A stretch of DNA of 64,000 nt, from the NCBI RefSeq assembly GCF_964204645.1, contig NC_134034.1:13467062-13531061 (forward strand). The letters run 5' to 3'. Within the stretch, counting starts at the first letter, position 1. The number at the start of each line of letters is the position of its first letter. The stretch comes from Tubulanus polymorphus (taxonomy: Eukaryota > Animalia > Nemertea). Below the pieces are notes generated by a model that searched no databases, was not told the origin of the DNA, and was given only the letters and a program-made list of their open reading frames with translations. The position numbers and the translations under genes were made by a program. Below, in pieces: positions 59,981 through 64,000 of the stretch.

Positions 59981-62900
59981 TGAAATCTATGAACGTCACA
60001 TCTTACAGAAACTGCATCGAGAATCAATTAACTGATTTCTAGTCTAAATGCTATTGTAATTATTTGTAAATATAATAGATATCTAATTTATTTAATTCCT
60101 GTCAGTCTTGATGAAGATGTTTCTTTTTGAAAACCAGGTAGAAGTTGTTAATATATATATGTAGTTCATTTTCGTGTAAAATAGCTCTGGTGAAGCCTTG
60201 AACACATGACAAAAAGTGCCACAATATATGAACATACAAGACATTAAGCGATTCCACAAAAATCCATCAGAATATAACGATGCTTTTTCATATCTTAAAA
60301 AGTTTTTTTTTTATTTTCCATGAAAAAAATCAGGATTTTATACAAGCCAGAGATGCATTGGAATGTTACTAATACAGAAAGATAGACAGATAATAATAAT
60401 CATAATAATAAGAGGAATGGGGGAAAAAACGTTAAATAAAATTTCATCTAGTCGAAGGTCGACTTGAACAATCGAAAAATATTTACAAAACCTGAAAAAA
60501 AAATTATTACACAAATTGTTTACATCGATTACATTTACTCAATGGATATAACATCTATAAATAACGTATCCCGACTCCTGCCAGGCGTCTGTGCGAGGGC
60601 CATCCTCCCTAAACAGTAGTCGCAGGGATGAAATAATCTTGTGGACACATCCTTCCTCAGCAGAGATTTGAACTTGATACCTCATCTTTGAGGGCAGGGA
60701 GTGCCATCAGCTGGTTCAAATCCTTACGAGGAAGTAACGTGGCTGGTCTCGCAATGCGTTCAAATCCCTGCGAGGGAGGATGTGGTCGCCATACCACTCC
60801 TGGCAATCGAACACATCACCGCTGGATCCCCAATCGGGATTGAGTTTGAGATTACTTCGGAAGATTTTTTCTAACAATCGCATCTCGCCCTTAAAGTTCG
60901 CACACGGAATGATGGAATGAATTTAAACCTGTACGGTACCTGAGAGAAGCAGAGTGTGATTGGACCATTGATTATATTCAATATCTACCGTACAAGGGTT
61001 TACTTTTCAGGAATGACACATGTACCGAGTCCCTGGACTCAGATCAGCCCCGATGTCTTAGTCCGGTGGTGTGATAAGCGGACCAGTGCGCACATCTCAT
61101 TAGAGTGAATGCTAGGTCCGTTATAAATTGGAATGGACTAAATTTAGAACGCTCGAGATAAGTTCGTGAGTACGTGGCTATAAATGCAGATTACGATGAT
61201 TGTTTTTTAAGGGATGATTTGAAGATCGAAACTCGTTTTATTAAGATATGACGCTAGAAATTAACAGACCGCGTCTCGTGTGTACTTAAAATCAGAATAC
61301 TGAAATCGTACAAGTTTCCGGTCCGGACTACTGACAAAAATCGATTATAAACTTATATCGTTGGTCCCGAATGGTCACCGAATTAATACGATCCCTGCCG
61401 ACTACGAGATATCTCTTAAGTCCAGTTCCACCATCATTGCCACAACAAATTATCTCGTAGCTGCTTCATCTTGTTCCCTGTTTGATATTTGCACTCCGGC
61501 ACACGGGAATGAGTCAATGACACGGTTCCTGATTGGCTGGCAACGTGAACAAACTCGACTTAATTCTCAATGCTCATTGGTCAATTTCGAGCAAAAACAG
61601 ACTTCATCGTCAGCCTACGAGCATATTCATCGTGGCAATCGGGGGCAGCACCGTATTAGCCGGCAGCGAACGAGTTAAGCCGGTTTTACTTTACATCTAT
61701 AAGACACATATATACTAAAATACCGTAAATTCCTAACAGAAATTTTGCAACAATTGTTCTTATATTTTTTACTGTGGTCCCCATTATTAGTATTATTAAT
61801 GTTGAAAGATACACTGACACACTCATATATCTATATATATATATATATATATTTATATACATATATATTGTAATGCCTATATAGTGTACACCCTATATGG
61901 CGTACACTATATCGGCCTATCATACGTACTACTAACTTATTGCATTGTTGCACGTTTTTTTTTTTCATTTCATTTTTACAGATGTTCTTATTACTGTTTC
62001 GAGAACCTCGTCGAACGAAGTCGACTTTAATACCGCTGCTGGTTTAATATTCGTTCGTAATTCTCCGTCGAAATGAACGAGAATTGTATCGATATAATTT
62101 CCGTATTAAATACATTTTAAAACCGTAAATACGAGGACTGTATGAGAATTATACATCTATAATCTTGTATTAATACAAGTTGTACGGGAATGTACATCTC
62201 GTATTGATGATATTAATACAGCTTGTACATGTATGATCAATTTAATACACCTTGTATGATCTGATGAAAATAGCTTGTATTAATACAGCCTGAACAGTGT
62301 ATTGATATAGCACGTGCAGTGTATTAATACATGTGTACTTTGTATGATCTACATGAATAGAGCTTGTTCAATATATTGACACTGCTTGTACGAACGATTA
62401 ATACATCTCGTATTAATACAGCTGTATGAAGTAGTAATACATCTCGTATTAATTCCGCAATACAGGAATACACACAATATATGTATATTAGCACATTCTT
62501 AATGAAACTATACACAGTCGGCTAAATCTAATATATTTACAGTTATAGTTCGTTTTTAACTAGTACAAAGAACGTGAAATTTTTTCTAGATCGGTTTCAT
62601 TCAATATCGGGATCTATTTCTTTCTGGCCTTGAACAAAGGTCGCGGTAACAACCACCGCCAGAAGGAGCATCGACTGCTTAATTCAAAGAATGTTGTATT
62701 ATTTATTATTATTACGAAACAGTTAATACGACTATACATTGTATTAAACACTTCACGATAGCCACTTAAAGCTTAGATAGGTCTTCACAGTACACCGAGC
62801 TCACAATTTAGCAACAAAGGCGCCACCTATACAATCATAAACCGCATATGTATACATATATTTTGAACACTATACTAGTACAAGTTTGTTTCAGTTGCTG

Positions 62901-63279
62901 CCTTGTATTTGGAATTTTCATTATGCGTCGCTCAAGAGATACTTTTGAATGTATTACATGTAGTTTCAATAGAAACCTTTGGTCGATTATTTGTACGCGC
63001 TAAAGCCAGCAGCAGGGGTCAGTTACGTAGGCCAGGGAGGCGCTTACTGATGGAGGAGTGTATCTGGTTCTTAAGTAGAGTACATTCCAACCACAAACAT
63101 GGAGCTGGATGATCCACGGGTAAAATCAAACTCACACTGCTATAGCCACAATCAAACGGAGACATAGAGTGTCTAACTCGCCGGGGACTAAACCCATGTC
63201 AACTTTAGCTCCTGCCTGCTCTGACTTAGCCCTGTCATCAAAAGCTCATAGTGATTGTGACTTATATTGTTAGGTGCAG

Positions 63280-63417
63280 GGGCCAGTTGCACAGTTGTGA
63301 CTTAAGTCCAAAAGTGGTCTTAAATCTTGAGACTGGTCTTAAGTTGTTCGACTGGCTATAGAACTAAGTTGGTCTTAGACTGGTCTTAAGTCTAAGCCAT
63401 GACTATGCAACTGGCCC
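63280..63417. mobile_element. PIF/Harbinger-type MITE
   Basis: gggccagttgcacagt ... actatgcaactggccc; same family as 32927-33064. Confidence 0.8.
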
Positions 63418-64000
63418 CGATGCCTCCCTGTGTCCACTATCTCTAACGAAGGTTCGATTGTTTCGATGTGAAACTGACTCCGGTTTACTGATCATTCAGC
63501 AACTTCAGTTTACAAACGATAAGTCGATATTTCACATGACAAAAACGCCCTACAAAAAACGTGGACAAGGAAATCGTCTTCGGGCCCAGAAAAGTTTTCT
63601 CGCCTTCAGAAAATAATCATTGATTCCATCATTTTTACTGCCGTGAAAAAACGACATAGAAACTAAATCTAATTTTCCAGATTCCATTTACTAGATTCTA
63701 CAGCGCCCAGAAAAAGGTGCATAAAGCGTACGAAGCGTATTGAGCTAAAACGATACAAATCCGGCGCGTGCGCCGCGTGTGAAAATAAGACGGATTTAAA
63801 TGAATCACAGCGAAAAAATAAGATACTACAGAAATAATTACTCGAATCGAGAAATCAGCTCTTTTTCGAGAACATGCAAATGAAAACCTAAGAAAGATCT
63901 AACAGGCTAAACAATCAATATTATTTCTTCTTGATTATTATTATTATGAATGCAGATTATATGCAAATTAGTGATGAAAAAGGATGCTTATTGGTCGTCC

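Noticed and set aside
60100-64000. Coding gene at the right end of the window
   Set aside because: No spliceable ORF found; the AT-rich sequence is compatible with a long 3' UTR of a gene outside the window, but that cannot be supported here.

Overview
Intron-rich, AT-rich animal genomic DNA, probably from a marine invertebrate bilaterian (inferred from the gene and repeat families; not provable here). Five multi-exon genes can be spliced by hand with consistent phases: (1) the 3' part of an ERG-type K+ channel (KCNH2/6/7 group, +, 4621-21577; the PAS exons lie upstream of the window); (2) PNPO (-, 29732-33848); (3) a highly divergent ionotropic glutamate receptor/IR-like channel (+, 36702-43422); (4) a compact C-type-lectin-domain protein (+, 47525-49273); (5) BLOC1S1 (+, 56312-59669). 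There are also two intronless orphan rhodopsin-class GPCRs, one with a single in-frame TAG. Introns and UTRs carry Harbinger-, piggyBac- and Tc1/pogo-type MITEs, tRNA-derived SINEs, a CR1/L2 3' end, a Penelope-type hammerhead palindrome and several minisatellites. The most notable observations are: a tandemly duplicated, probably mutually exclusive PNPO exon 4 plus a mitochondrial-type presequence; a ~210-bp imperfect inverted repeat whose substitutions favour G-U pairing on the spliced minus strand (candidate long hairpin RNA or ADAR substrate); and three single-base lesions in the receptor island (one AT splice donor, two TAG codons) that A-to-G editing would each repair. All coordinates and counts were worked out by hand.
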